Shown: positions 13,818-27,723 of the stretch, piece by piece | How the letters are laid out: every line of letters starts with the position of its first letter | Position numbering within the stretch: position 1 is the stretch's first letter | Origin: Octopus vulgaris | Taxonomy: Eukaryota | Reading direction: 5' to 3' | Assembly (NCBI GenBank): GCA_951406725.2 | Contig: OX597832.1 | Coordinates: 28,892,001 to 28,956,000 of the forward strand | Length of the DNA stretch: 64,000 bases | Notes under the pieces: generated by a model | What the model was told of the DNA's origin: nothing | The model's database searches: none | Seen by the model: only the letters and a program-made list of their open reading frames with translations | Made by a program: the position numbers and the translations under genes

Positions 13818-14497
13818 TTATATATTTAGAAAGAAATGATGGTGGGAGAAAGTCTAATTGTGATCTTTCGAAGAAGATGGAGTCTTTGTTTTGATTTTGG
13901 TTTCGTTCTTCACGGCAGAAATAATAATGCAACAATGGCTGCAATAGTGGTGATGGTGAGAGATGATTGATATCATGGTAGTAGCTAATTTCCTTTCTTT
14001 CAGTGGTGGTAGTAGTGCGAGGAGGAGGAGGAGGAGGAGGGGGAGGTGGGCTTGTTAGGGTCATTCGTCGAAGTGACAGCGGTAATGGCGACATCAACAA
14101 CTGAAAGAAGAACAACAATAATTATAGTCCAGCAGGCAACTGCCGTAATGACTGCGACAACAGCAATAATTGCAGTGACAACAACAACAACAACAACAAC
14201 AACCGTAACAAACTCAGCAACGACAGTGAGCGCAGTAATAGTAGCAACAACAATAATTATTATCATGTCAACAGCTGTATTAATGACAACAACAACTGTT
14301 TCTGTAACGGCAACACCAACAATAGTACAACAATAAAACCAACAACATCAGCGACTGTAACGACAAAGGCCAGAACAATGACGTCTGATAATTATAGTCT
14401 TGCATACGGCATGGTTTTAGTGTCAGAAACAACAACAACAACAATAATGACCACGACAACAACAACTATAGTGACCACAACAATAGCAACAACAGCA

Positions 14498-14868
14498 GTG
14501 GAGGCGCAATGGCCCAGTGGTTAGGGCAGCGGACTCGCGGTCGGAGGATCGTGGTTTCGATTCCCAGACCGGGCGTTGTGTATGTTTATTGAGCGAAAAC
14601 ACCTAAAGCTCCACGAGGCTCCGGCAGGGGGTGGTGGCGACCCCTGTTGTACTCTTTCGCTCCAACTTTCTTTCACTCTTTCTTCCTGTTTCTTGTCCCC
14701 GACTTCCTACGCAACCGCTGAGCCTGGATGCGCATTCATCCATCCGTCGACGCTCTCGGTGTCGGGGATTGACCTGCTGTCTCTTCTGCGGGTCTTATGA
14801 ATAGCAAAGGACCACGTTTCGGACTTTTCCCATCTTGCGAGCTCTGGGACGAAGACCGTTCGTCAACA
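14498..14868 (+). mobile_element. tRNA-derived SINE, group D (tail type 1)
   Basis: Head gtggaggcgcaatggcccagtggttagggcagcggactcgcggtc...ggtttcgattccc has A and B boxes. The body matches 29108, 40284 and 56654 up to ttcctgtttct and then diverges. Confidence 0.85.
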
Positions 14869-14923
14869 GCAACAATAACAACTGCAACGACAAAACCATT
14901 GAGATTAAGAATATGAACAAAAA

Positions 14924-15090
14924 AGGCAGAGGTGTGACAGTGTGGTAAGAAGCTTGCTTCCCGATCACATAGGCCCGGGTTCAGTCCCACATACGTGACA
15001 ACTTGGGCAAGTGTATTTTACTATAGCCTCAGGCCGACCAAAGTCTTGTTAGTGGATTTGGCAGGAGGAAACTGAAAGAAGCCCGTCATA
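14924..15090 (+). mobile_element. SINE group A, 5' half
   Basis: gtgtggtaagaagcttgcttccc...ggaaactgaaagaagcccgtc. Confidence 0.85.
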
Positions 15091-15166
15091 TATTTATATA
15101 TGTTTGTGCGTATGTGTGCGAGCGGGCATGTGTGTGCGTATGTGAGTGTGTGTGTTTGTGTTTGTA

Positions 15167-15270
<104 letters not shown>

Positions 15271-15377
15271 GCCCACCACCGCTTGAAAACCGGGAGGACC
15301 TTGGATAAAATCATATTTAAGTCTTCCTCCCGGATTTTCTTTTACCAAAAGCCAGGAACTTTTCAGCACCGCCATGT

Positions 15378-15833
15378 ATTCTTTTATTGCCTCGCTTGTT
15401 TCAGTAATTTGATTGCGGCCGTGCTGGAGCACCACCTTGAAGGGTTTTAGTCGAACAAATTGATCCCAGGACCTCTTTTTTAAGCCTAATACTTATTCTG
15501 TCCGTATCTTTTGCCGAACCGCTAATATACGGGGACGTAGACACATCAACACCGGTTATCAAGCAGTGATGAGGGGACAAACACAGGCACAAAGACACAC
15601 ACACACACACAAATATATACGTATATACACACACACACACACACACAAACACATATACACACATACATATATATATACGATGGGCTTCTTTCAGTTTCCG
15701 TCTACCAAATTCACTCCACGATTTGGTCGACCCGAGGCTATAGTAGAAGACACTTGCTCAAAGTGCTACGCAGGAGACTGAACCCGGAACCATGTGGTTG
15801 GGAAGCAAGGTATTAACCACACAGCCACTCCTG
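15378..15833 (-). mobile_element. SINE group A
   Basis: Colinear with 10241-10660. Confidence 0.88.
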
Positions 15834-15883
15834 TGCTTTATTCCGCCTATATATATAAATATATGTGTATGTATGTGTGTTTT

Positions 15884-15914
<31 letters not shown>

Positions 15915-16553
15915 ATGTATGTATGTATGTATGTATGTATGTATGTATGTATGTATGTATGTATGTATGTATGTATGTGTGTATGTATGTATGTTAAAAT
16001 GTGTCTAGCCTGGCCACGTGTTAATGAATTTGATTTAATCTAAAAACAAAATCGAGATTTTCACTGAATGGGTTTTAATTAACAAAGAATACAGAAGTAC
16101 TTTCTTGGAAAGAAATATTTATTGTTTGATCTCATGGAATTGTTTTCGATTAAGATCTTTGATTCTGGTTCCACCTGGAATTTTAATTATAGTTGGATGT
16201 TGTTGCTGATGTTGCTGTTGTTGTTGTTTAACCCCAAGTCAAACCTGATCGAGTGTACCTATGTTAAGTAGGAAAATAAGCGAAATTCCGGGTACCCTCC
16301 GCCGCCCAAGTACCCTGGTACTACAGAACTGACAACACGGTATATTCAGACACACAGTGGTTTAGCATCATTTTTCTTTGTTTTATGTAGTTTAATGGGA
16401 GGAGAATGTCAACCATCTCCAAGACTAGTGGAAGGGAAAGAGGAGAATATCTTCGAACGAAAGACTGGGAGTTGATAGCTTGCACCAGAATGGACTCTGC
16501 TAAAACTATCCAAGGATCAGCTTGGTGGTGTTATTAAAGCATGCAATTATACA

Positions 16554-16954
<401 letters not shown>

Positions 16955-17306
16955 CTTGCTTATATTTTTGCTTGTTTGTGAGCGAAAAACTGTCGTGATT
17001 GGCTGAATTATTGCCGACGTAAGGAGACGCATACAAATGGTCATAAATAGGCATCATAGACAAAGCTAATGAGATAAAAGAGAAAAAGAGGCAGAGAGAG
17101 AAAGGGGAGAGAGAGAGAGAGAGAGAGAGAATGGGAGAGAGGGATAAAGAAAAAAGAGGCAAGGAAAGAGAAAAGAGAGAAGTAGAGAAAGAGAAAGGAA
17201 GAGAAAGAGAGAGTGTTTAAAGTAAGATCTGACTAAATGTGTGTGTACTTAATTGACTCACAATTCATACGAAATAAATTCTTTGGATATGAACATATAA
17301 GCATTG

Positions 17307-17355
<49 letters not shown>

Positions 17356-17585
17356 TGCATGCACGTATCGCATATATATGCATGTATGTTATATATATAT
17401 ATGTGTGTGTGTAAGTATGTGTGTATATATATGTATATATATATATATATTATATATATATGTATATTCTTTTATTTAGGAATGGTCATTTTGCCAGTTT
17501 AGCCAATAAAAACACACGCACTATATATTTGGTGTTACTTTGCTTCAGTGTTATTTATTTTTTATATTAATCTTAATCTTATTTC

Positions 17586-17630
17586 GGCCAGAGTTCTTTC
17601 GTCACACTCCTGTGACCGCATCAGTGGTCC
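17586..17630 (-). ncRNA. Type I hammerhead-like motif (GTCAC/GTGAC family), inside a ~210-bp insert next to (TA)n
   Basis: Minus strand: GGACCA-CTGATGC-G-GTCAC aggagt GTGAC-GAAA-GAAC-TC-TGGCC. A9 is C; the cleavage triplet is CUC. Homologous to 49375-49419. Confidence 0.6.
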
Positions 17631-17966
17631 TTTGTTTTCTTCTTACTTCTTTGTGTCTCTCCTTACTAACCGTCAGCCATTTTGTATATATAGAAATACT
17701 GCTGCTGCTTATGTTGCTCCTGTTGGTGCCGCTATTATTGTTACTTCTGAAGTTATTCCTAAAACTAGCACCATATTATTTTGTGTGTGTGTGTGTGCAT
17801 TTGTGTGTGCTGGTGTGAGTGTGTATGTATGTGTGTGTTTGTACGTGTATGTGTTCGAACGTGTGTGAGTGTATGTGTATATTTGTATGTATGTATCTAG
17901 CTGTCGCTCTCTCACTCTTCCCCCTCTCTCTCTCTCTATATTCACAGACATCTCAAAAATAGACAT

Positions 17967-17969
<3 letters not shown>

Positions 17970-18033
<64 letters not shown>

Positions 18034-18035
18034 TG

Positions 18036-18131
<96 letters not shown>

Positions 18132-18350
18132 GTTACACACACATATATATTCATATATATATACACACACACATATATAAATATATATATATATATATAC
18201 ATACAAATATATATATATATATATATATATATCATATATACATATATGTATATAATATACATCCGTACGGTATATGTGTAGCATGTGTGTATCTTTGTAA
18301 TGTATGTATATATATGAATGTATATACATATGTATGTATACATGTATAAA
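17970..18350. repeat. (TA)n/(TATG)n microsatellite cluster
   Basis: Directly visible. Confidence 0.95.
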
Positions 18351-18705
18351 CACCTGTTTTTCTAAGTTTCAATATCTCTATTATACTCAAGAGTCAATTA
18401 ATATAAATAAAAACAAAAAAATTAACAGTTTTCCTAGCGGATGTGAGAAACTTGTCGAAGACATCGAGATATAATCCCAACAATTACAGGCTTGGTTTCC
18501 ACATTTATTAAACTGTACGGAACTTGGCATCATTCCCTCAGATTCAAAGGCGCAGTAATTTGGTAGGGGTGCCCGAGGCACTGGCTTGACCTTTCCATCA
18601 ATTCACACATGTATATACATAATTATAAACACAGTTACATACAGAGGCATACATGCAGTCGCACCCTGTCTGTATGTACGTTTGTATGTATGTATGTATG
18701 TATGT

Positions 18706-18750
<45 letters not shown>

Positions 18751-19000
18751 TGTGTTGTATGTGTGTGTGTGTTTGTGTGTGTGTGTGTGCGTGTGTGTGT
18801 GTGTGTGTGTTTAGTATCTTATCGATTCTCGATCTCTAGAGGAAGTGGTTTTTTAATTCCGAGTCAGTAGGGACGGATGTTTTATTGTTTAAAATCGTAT
18901 AAAACGAGTCTGTCTGTGTGTTGGTGTGATGTGACTGGTTGTGAAGCGTGTATGCTTGTCCCATATATAATTAGATATGTATATGTGAGTGTCAGTGAGA

Positions 19001-19039
<39 letters not shown>

Positions 19040-19083
19040 TGTGTATCTGTATGCATTAATATGCATACATAAGTAGATATATA

Positions 19084-19400
<317 letters not shown>

Positions 19401-20478
19401 GTGAGAGTGGGAGAAAAAGAATAGAGAGGGAGACAGGGACAGAGAGAGAAAGACAGAGAGTGAGTGCCAGAGACAAACAGACAGAAAAATGTCTGCCTTA
19501 AACTGACTGGATTCCATTTCTTTTCTTATCTCGGCCATTGTTATTCTACAGTGTGTTTGTTATGATTCTCGTCATCTCTGGCACTCATCTGTCCCACCCT
19601 CCTCCTACACAGGGTGGAATACGGGTAGAATAACAAACATTTATAACTTGTTTGTTATTCACCTGCCGCCACGACTAGCATCATCACACCCGTATAATAC
19701 CCAGTCTTCATAACATGGCTTTTGCTCAAACAACTACCATCTTCATTACTCTCTCCTTCACCGACGCCGCCGCCGCTGCCACCCCTGTTGCCGCTACCCC
19801 ACCGCCACCACCACCACCACCACCATGCCCCCTCCGTGTCTCTCCCACCCAGATACAAACTTTCCTTCCCTTTCCATTTATGCCTGGCTTCTGTCAGCGT
19901 CATGACACGTGCACCTAGACTCACCATTACATTAAGCATGCACCCAATCCTTCTTACACGGAACTAACACCCACCGGTGCACCCCTACTCACCCATTTCT
20001 TTCTCCTTCCTCTTTCTCTCTATTCCCTCCATTTAGTGGTGAAATCGTCAGATGGATACGGCGCTGGTTAAGCAGGGTACAGGGCGTCGGTTCAAGACCA
20101 CCTATTGCATTTACACACACAACCCCTCATTAATTACCTGTTTTATTTCAAACTCCATCGCACCTGTTGGCCTTACATCAACAACATCACCGAACATATG
20201 TACCCGGTCCTCGTCAATGTAACATAAAAGCACAACTTTTATAACTGCTTAATTAGTTACTTAGCAGGTTATCCCACTTTCTCTGTAGCCTAGTGTGTGC
20301 TGTAAGGTACTAGGGGTGCGTTGCGGTTGGCGTGCGTGTCTCAGGTGGGATGTCAATTACTGATACCTTGTAGCTTTTGGCATTGTTTACCGTAAATAAA
20401 TCCTGATCCAACAGATCTGGGATCACAGGTTATAAGACCTTCAAGTCTTATATTCAACCATAGAGTTGCATTATCTAC

Positions 20479-20581
20479 AGGTGTAGGAGTGGCTGTGTGG
20501 TAAGTAGCTTGCTTACGAACCACATGGTTTCGGTTTCAGTCCCACTGCGTGACACCATGGGCAAGTGTCTTCTACAATAGC
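20479..20581 (+). mobile_element. SINE group A head fragment
   Basis: ggtgtaggagtggctgtgtggtaagtagcttgcttacgaaccacatgg...gggcaagtgtcttctac.atag. Confidence 0.85.
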
Positions 20582-20923
20582 TGCTCAATACATTTGAATA
20601 TACGTAATGGATGTTTTGTTTACAATATCGTAATTACAACAAAGCACTTAAGTTCCATTTTGGGAAAAGGATACTTGGCTTAGCTCAGATAAAAATGTAG
20701 ATCGCCTGATGATTGACGAGTCATATGGTGACAGCTTAATCTAAAGTAAGCCAAATATCTTCCTCCCAGCATGAAACTTAAGTAATTTGTTGTCCATAAA
20801 GCACTGCATATAAACGGTGTACATATACGTAATGGGTGTGCGCGTATATATAAATATAAACACCCACCCACACACACACATACATATATATGTGTGTGTG
20901 TGTATATATATGTGTATACATAT

Positions 20924-20974
<51 letters not shown>

Positions 20975-21714
20975 CACACACACACACACATAATCGTCTA
21001 CATACATCGTGTGACCCAATTTATAACAACTTTACCCTATTCCCACCTGATGAGACTAGAATAGTCGTCTCCTTCATCTATTCACTGCTCTCAGCGAAGG
21101 TACATTATATTGAAATTTAATCATTTGCAAAGACACAAGTTATTTTCTCTCTTTATTACAATGAGCAAAAATACAGAACCCCAACCGTACTAGACATATA
21201 AAAGAAATGTGGTAATTGCACAAAGGTTACGTTTAGCTCGTTTTTACCGGAGAATTTGCTTTCTGTTAATATTAGCAATGACAGCAGTGACATCTTTGGT
21301 GAAATTATACTTCATGCAAAAATTATTTTTCAGTAAAGAATGAAGAAATGTTTATTTAAAGCATTTGAGAATATTCTTCCAGCAATGAAACATACATTTA
21401 AACTATATAGGGGATTGGTCCATGAAATATTTCGTGGGCTGTTTTTGTGTTTATGAATAATGAGGTCTGTTCTGTAAACAATGCATTTTTATATTTTAAC
21501 ACGTCATTGTAATAATGAGTGGCATGATAACATGATGTACACACGTACACACGTACACACATACACACACACACACACTCACACACACATATGTAAATAT
21601 AAATATATAGATATAAGTAATTATATATACATATAAATACGAAGTGTACAACTATACAAAATTATAGCTATCGATATATGTATATATATCGATATTCAAT
21701 ATGTGAACGCGTGT

Positions 21715-21910
21715 CTATCATTGGCGATATTTTTCCGCCGTCTTCCCTTCCTTGGATCTTTCCTCTTCCTATGTTTCTGACGAAGAGCTCCGCTCGAAAC
21801 GTTAAATCTTCCTTCTTTCTTTCCTTTCCTGAGCGTCCAATAACACTATACTTGTCCCACGTCCTCGCGCTGTTGTGTTTTCTCTTTGTGTTTTCATGTT
21901 TAGATTAACT
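21715..21910 (+). mobile_element. Penelope-like pseudo-LTR or non-autonomous element carrying a minimal hammerhead, ending at (TA)n
   Basis: Homologous (reverse complement) to 58888-59080. HHR at 21774-21806; the 3' end abuts TA repeats. Confidence 0.65.
21774..21806 (+). ncRNA. Minimal type I hammerhead ribozyme motif
   Basis: TTT-CTGACGA-A-GAGC tcc GCTC-GAAAC-GTT-AAA. Canonical core, one extra A after A9, loopless palindromic stem III (AACGTT). Confidence 0.75.
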
Positions 21911-21940
21911 ATATATATGTATGTGTATATATATATATGC

Positions 21941-21972
<32 letters not shown>

Positions 21973-22052
21973 GTGTGTATATATATATACATATATATAT
22001 GTGTGTGTATGTATGTATGTATGTATGTATGTATATATATATATATATATAT

Positions 22053-22142
<90 letters not shown>

Positions 22143-22633
22143 CGCAGCAGCAGCAAAGTAGCGATTGATGCATTCACACACACGCGCACATCACATGCAC
22201 GCAGCGCGCGCGCATGCATATTTGGCATGTGGTGGAGGGGGTGTATACGTGTGTGTGTGTGGAAGAGAGTGTGTGAGTGTGGTTTCAAGTGTATGAGCGT
22301 TTGCAGGTCTTGACAAGTACCAGGTGTCCCATAGGTAGGGCAGCGTATAAACTTAAGCATGATAAGTAAACGCGGCCCGGCTTGTGGGACATCTGGTCTG
22401 TGTATATAAACACCTCATAATCTGTGAAAGCTAAGACGTATGATAATATAGAGAGGATCGGTGTGAGTAGAGGGAGAGACAGAGAGAGAGGAGGAGGAGT
22501 AGAGGGAGAGGGGAAATGTTGATGGAGGGAGTGGGGGTATGTTGATTGTACCATTATTCCAATAAGTTAGTGTCTATATTTACATGGCTTTCAGTACATC
22601 TCTCTCTCTCTCTCTCACCCTCTATATCTCCCC

Positions 22634-22695
<62 letters not shown>

Positions 22696-22818
22696 GTCTG
22701 TCTGTTTATTTGTCGCTGACACATGCGCGTTGAGGCATACGTATATGTGTGTTTATAAGGAGTTACTCTCATGATAAAGGTGATCTTCTGTCTGTGCGTA
22801 AAGTGTTTATGTGTGGGC

Positions 22819-22849
<31 letters not shown>

Positions 22850-22909
22850 AGCGTGTATGTGTCATGCACTCGAGTTCATGCATGTATGTATGCGCTTACG
22901 TAAACTGTG

Positions 22910-22987
<78 letters not shown>

Positions 22988-23626
22988 TGTATGTATGTAT
23001 GTATGTATGTGTGTGCATTTATGTATGTATATGGCTATGTATGTCTGTACGTACGTATGTACCTTGGCCCACCTACAACACTCAATGTGTAGCCTAGTTT
23101 AAAACAACATTATCAATTATCCCGTGTCCGCATGTTCAGTGTTAAACGAGCAACAATAACAACGAGTTTGTCACGGAAGATCTTCAACATCGCGTAGAGA
23201 CACGGACAAAGACATCTTTCAGAAAAACCCTCTTTTATTATTTTTTTCTTTTACATTGTTTTAAGAAATTTCCCTTAATTTATATATTGCGTTTGACGAG
23301 GGCTCTCACCACTCTTCCCTAGGTGCATACCTGGATACGATGGACAGATGAACAAGCATTATTACAACCCTCGGTAGAGATCTGATGCAGTAAGCCAGTG
23401 TACAACCGATATTGTGTGTGTATGTGTGTGTGTGTGTGATTGTGTGTGTGTTCTTGTGTGTGTGTGTGTGTGTATGCGTGTGTGTGTGTGTCTATATATG
23501 TATATATATATATATATGCATGTATGAATGTGGGAATACATATCCGTGCTTGTGTCTTGTGTGCGTGTATGTGTGTGTCTTGTGTGTGTGCGTGTGTGTG
23601 TGTGTGTGTGTGCGTCTGTATATATA

Positions 23627-23662
<36 letters not shown>

Positions 23663-23920
23663 TATATTCATTTATTCTTTTATTTGTTTCAGTCATTTGA
23701 CTGTGGCCATGCTGGGGCACCGCCTTTAATCGAGCAAATTGCCTCCGAACTTATTCTTTGTAAGCCTAGTACTTATTCTATCGATCCCTTTTGCCGAGCC
23801 GCTAGATTACAGGGACATAAACACACCAGCATCGGTTTCAAGCGATGTTAGGAGCACAAACACAGAAACACAAACGTATACACACACAAACACAGACACA
23901 CACAGACACACACAGACACA

Positions 23921-23996
<76 letters not shown>

Positions 23997-24302
23997 GGGA
24001 GAGTTTATGAAAACAACAAAAGACAAAGACAGGTGGTGTACAAAACAAAAAGATGTATTAGTATAACGCTCAGGAATAGAAAAAAGTCTTTTACGTTTCG
24101 AGCCTACGCTCTTCTACAGAAAGGGACACAGAAAAAAACAAAGAGAGAAACTCCTTTTTTTCTCTCCTTTTTTTTTTCTCTCCTTTTTTTTTCTCTCCTT
24201 GTTTTTTCTGTGTCCCTTTCTATTCCTGAGCGTTATATTAATACATCTGTTTGTTTTGTACACCAACTGTCTTCGTCTTTTGTTTTTTTCGTAAACTCTC
24301 CC
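23997..24302. mobile_element. Inverted pair of Penelope-like pLTR units; only one keeps the hammerhead
   Basis: gggagagtttatgaaaa...aacgctcaggaatagaaa (23997-24085) mirrors tttctattcctgagcgtt...cgtaaactctccc (24217-24302). Flanked by (TA)n on both sides. Confidence 0.75.
24088..24123 (-). ncRNA. Minimal type I hammerhead motif (GTAG-loop family)
   Basis: Minus strand: CTTT-CTGTAGA-A-GAGC gtag GCTC-GAAAC-GTA-AAAG. 4-bp stem I, GUA site, A6 is U. Confidence 0.7.
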
Positions 24303-24544
24303 TATATATATATATATATATATATACATATATACGGCGGGCTTCTTTCAGTTTCCGTCTACCAAATCCACTCACTAAAACTAGACCGATCTCTACGAAT
24401 CATATTGATCTCACCAATTAATTAATATTAGTTTTCGTCAACGTGAAATCGATTTCTCGATTAGTTAGGATTAGTAAGAGTCTGATAAAAGTGACTGTAG
24501 TTAAACAGACAACGCAAAATTTGTGAATGACTAATAAATTACTT

Positions 24545-24718
24545 TTGATGTACTAATATGCACCGTCGTATACTGCAGTGTACTAATGTATACTAATAGC
24601 TATTAATGCGTTCTGCTGTGCAGTGCTGCGTAATGCTGTGTACAAATATCTGCTGAGATGTGTTGCCGCGTACCAATGCCTACTAATGCGTACTAATGCT
24701 TACTGACATGTACAAATG
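24545..24718. repeat. Degenerate 10-bp repeat (GTACTAATGT), continuing at ~25115-25192 after a SINE insertion
   Basis: gtactaatat, gtactaatgt, atactaatag, gtactaatgc recur on both sides of the SINE. Confidence 0.7.
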
Positions 24719-24721
24719 GGA

Positions 24722-25117
24722 AAGGCGGCGAACTAGCGGAATCGGTAGCACGCCGGGCGAAATGCTTAGCAGTATTTCGCCTGTCGTTACGTTCTGAGTT
24801 CAAATTCCGCCGAGGTCGACTTTGCCCTTCATTCTTTCGGGGTCGATAAATCAAGTACCAGTTACACACTGGGGTCGATATAATCGACTTAATCCGTTTG
24901 TCTGTCCTTGTTCGTTCCCTCTGTGTTTAGCCCCTTGTGGGTAGTAAAGAAATAGGTATTTCGTCTACCCCTACGTTCTGAGTTCAAATTCCGCCGAGGT
25001 CGACTTTGCCTTTCATCCTTTCCGGGTCGATAAAAGAAGTACCAGTTGAGTACTGGGTCGATGTAATCGCCTTGATCCCTTCCCCGATGTCACTGGCCCT
25101 GTGCCAAAATCTGAAAC
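24722..25117 (+). mobile_element. SINE group B with tandem body duplication
   Basis: Head aggcggcgaactagcggaatcggtagcacgccgggcgaaatgc; a second unit starts ggtatttcgtct at ~24955. Confidence 0.88.
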
Positions 25118-25529
25118 TAATGTGTACTAATATCTACTACGTACTAGTGTATACTAATGTGTACTCATATGGTCTGCTGTGTACTAATGTTCTGGATTTT
25201 GTTCGCTTTTGAAGTGTTACTTTTTAAAGGGTGAGGGCCAGAAGTGGAGAGGAGGGAGAGAAAAGGAGAAAGAACAGACCCGCTGTTATTCTTTTATTCT
25301 TTTAATTACGATTATAATAAGTCAGAATTGATTAGTGTTGTTGAGAGAGTGGAATATAATAAAAAAGAAAGGATATATTGACTGTGAAAATACTAATCGA
25401 CCCGTGGATAGCACTGGTATTGAAGGCCACAACACAATAAAACTTATTGAAAATTATTTACTTTCTCCTGTTTTACTCCTCCTCCTCCTCCTTCTTCTTC
25501 TTCTTCTTCTTCTTATCATTATTATTATT

Positions 25530-25596
<67 letters not shown>

Positions 25597-25666
25597 CACA
25601 ACCACCATTAGTACTAACACTACCCTCACCTCCACCACTAATACTATTATTACGGTTACTACACAC

Positions 25667-25697
<31 letters not shown>

Positions 25698-27723
25698 TGT
25701 ATGTATGTATGTATGTATGAATTTATGTGTGTGTATGTGTGCGTGTGTGTGTGTATGTGTGTGTGTGTGTGCTAATGTGTGCTTCTTCAGTTTCTCCTTA
25801 GGTATCTCTCAAGATTTCTCTATCAATGAATGAATGCGCCCACACCCTTCCTAATCTCCCCTCCGTAACCCCTAACCCCCGTCTGCTCCCCACCCCCTCT
25901 CCGTCTACCTTCCCTATATTCTCTGTACTCCTCTCCCCACCACCACCATATACCACCACCACCACCACCACCTCTATATATCTAATTAAGACATTCTATA
26001 AAGATCATGTAAACAATAGCTGCAAAGGAAACCAGATCCTATCTTAACGTTAACGTCACGCCGTGCGTTGTTTATATTACGGCACCACCACCGCCTCCTC
26101 GGCACCCCCTTCATTCCACCGTTTCTATTATGGTCGCTCGCCCCAACCCAACCCTCAATATGCTCCCTTTCCTCCTACATACTCTCAAACTCCTGGCAGC
26201 ATTCCTCAGACGAACGGAGATGGATTGTACTCTTAATTGTACTCTTCCATTAGTCGAGTCTCACCCGGAAAAACATTATCCAAACTCTAAAAGTCCTTCG
26301 TACTCTAATGCATTACTCTGTACTCTAACGCAGTACTTTGAACTCAGCAGCATTGCTTTGTACTCTAATACATTACCTTGTACTCTACTACCTTTGCCTA
26401 CATTCTATTTTTAATTAAATTAATTTAACTAAGTTATAACTCCTGTCTTCCTGGACAAGAATTAGTTAAACTAATGATTTTTTTGCATCATCAACAGGAT
26501 AATTTTAATTAATTAATCAATCGATTAATTAATTAATTAATTAATATGTTTCAAGTCTTTAACCTACGTATGTTGCTACAGGCGTTAGAATTTGGTGAGT
26601 ATGTAAACCTTAGAAATAACAGTGGAATGGTCTAATTGGTGACGTTTCGGTGGAGATATTTCTGAAAATGGAGGGAAATCATGTTTGATCGCCCTAGGAT
26701 TTGATCTCCGAATTGTTAGACTCCAACTTAGAAAGTGTGAAATAAGCTACTTCTGTCCGCAATCGTTATTATATAACTCACATAGTCTTACTCTTGTATA
26801 CATACACTTCTTTTATTGGTTTCAGTCGATAGATGATGGCCATACTGGAGTACGGCCTCAAAGAATTTCGTCAATCATACTGAATTGAGTAGTCATCTCA
26901 CAGAAAAAACATAGGAAAGTGCCAAAACACATTGAATTTTAGTGGACCTCATTTTCATGTAGATTATATCAAGAAGTTGGGCCGTGTCCTCTCTGTGGGA
27001 GTGTTTCAACTTAGCACAATAGCTTAGCGAAACACCAGTGTGTACCGTAACATCTGTTGGTATGGTACTCATTTAAAGCAAAGTGGTCTATACCGCCTGA
27101 TGGTTGCTACTTACTGCGAAGTAGACGTTACCTACCACGCGGCATCTATTTACAACTGGGGGAAATTTACATCCGCATAGTGCCTGTATACACCAAGCTG
27201 GGTCTACCTCAATACGAGGTAAAGACACTGCCAACACATCACCTTACCTGTCACACGATAGCCACTTAAATCTTAGCGACATGATATCTATTTCAACATT
27301 GGCTACTTAAAGATTAGCTACATGATAGCTATTAAATGTTTGCCTACATGGTTTCTATTATAAGCTTGGATACATGGTCTCTTTCGCCACATGGTACTCT
27401 ATGTATAGTTTCGTAGATTCTACTTACCACATGGCAATTATTTGTATATATTATAAACAAGGGAACTGCACGTCCACGTTGTTCTCAGTTACAACCGGGT
27501 CGAATGCACTTTCTTATGGTACTTATCGACATCCATATAATTCAGTGGTTCCCTACAAGAGTTCGTATGACTTCTGGAGGTCCATATAAGTTGGGGTTCA
27601 CGCTAGCAAAATAGTAAACCGGCGGTCCGCAGTCGTGTTTAAAGCGTCCATGTAAGGCTTTGATTTAAATGTGTCTACTGAAAGGAACAAATCTCTTTTT
27701 CGAACGCTTTAGAAGTTCAAGCA

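Larger units (their letters stand above)
23670..24376 (-). mobile_element. SINE group A interrupted in its central (TA)n by an inverted-repeat insert
   Basis: 3' part at 23670-23900; it resumes at 24333 (tacggcgggcttctttcagtttccgtctaccaaatccactcac). Confidence 0.85.

Noticed and set aside
26078-26236. Protein-like frame YGTTTASSAPPSFHRFYYGRSPQPNPQYAPFPPTYSQTPGSIPQTNGDGLYS*
   Set aside because: In-frame stops lie just upstream, and there is no in-frame ATG or AG acceptor to enter the frame.
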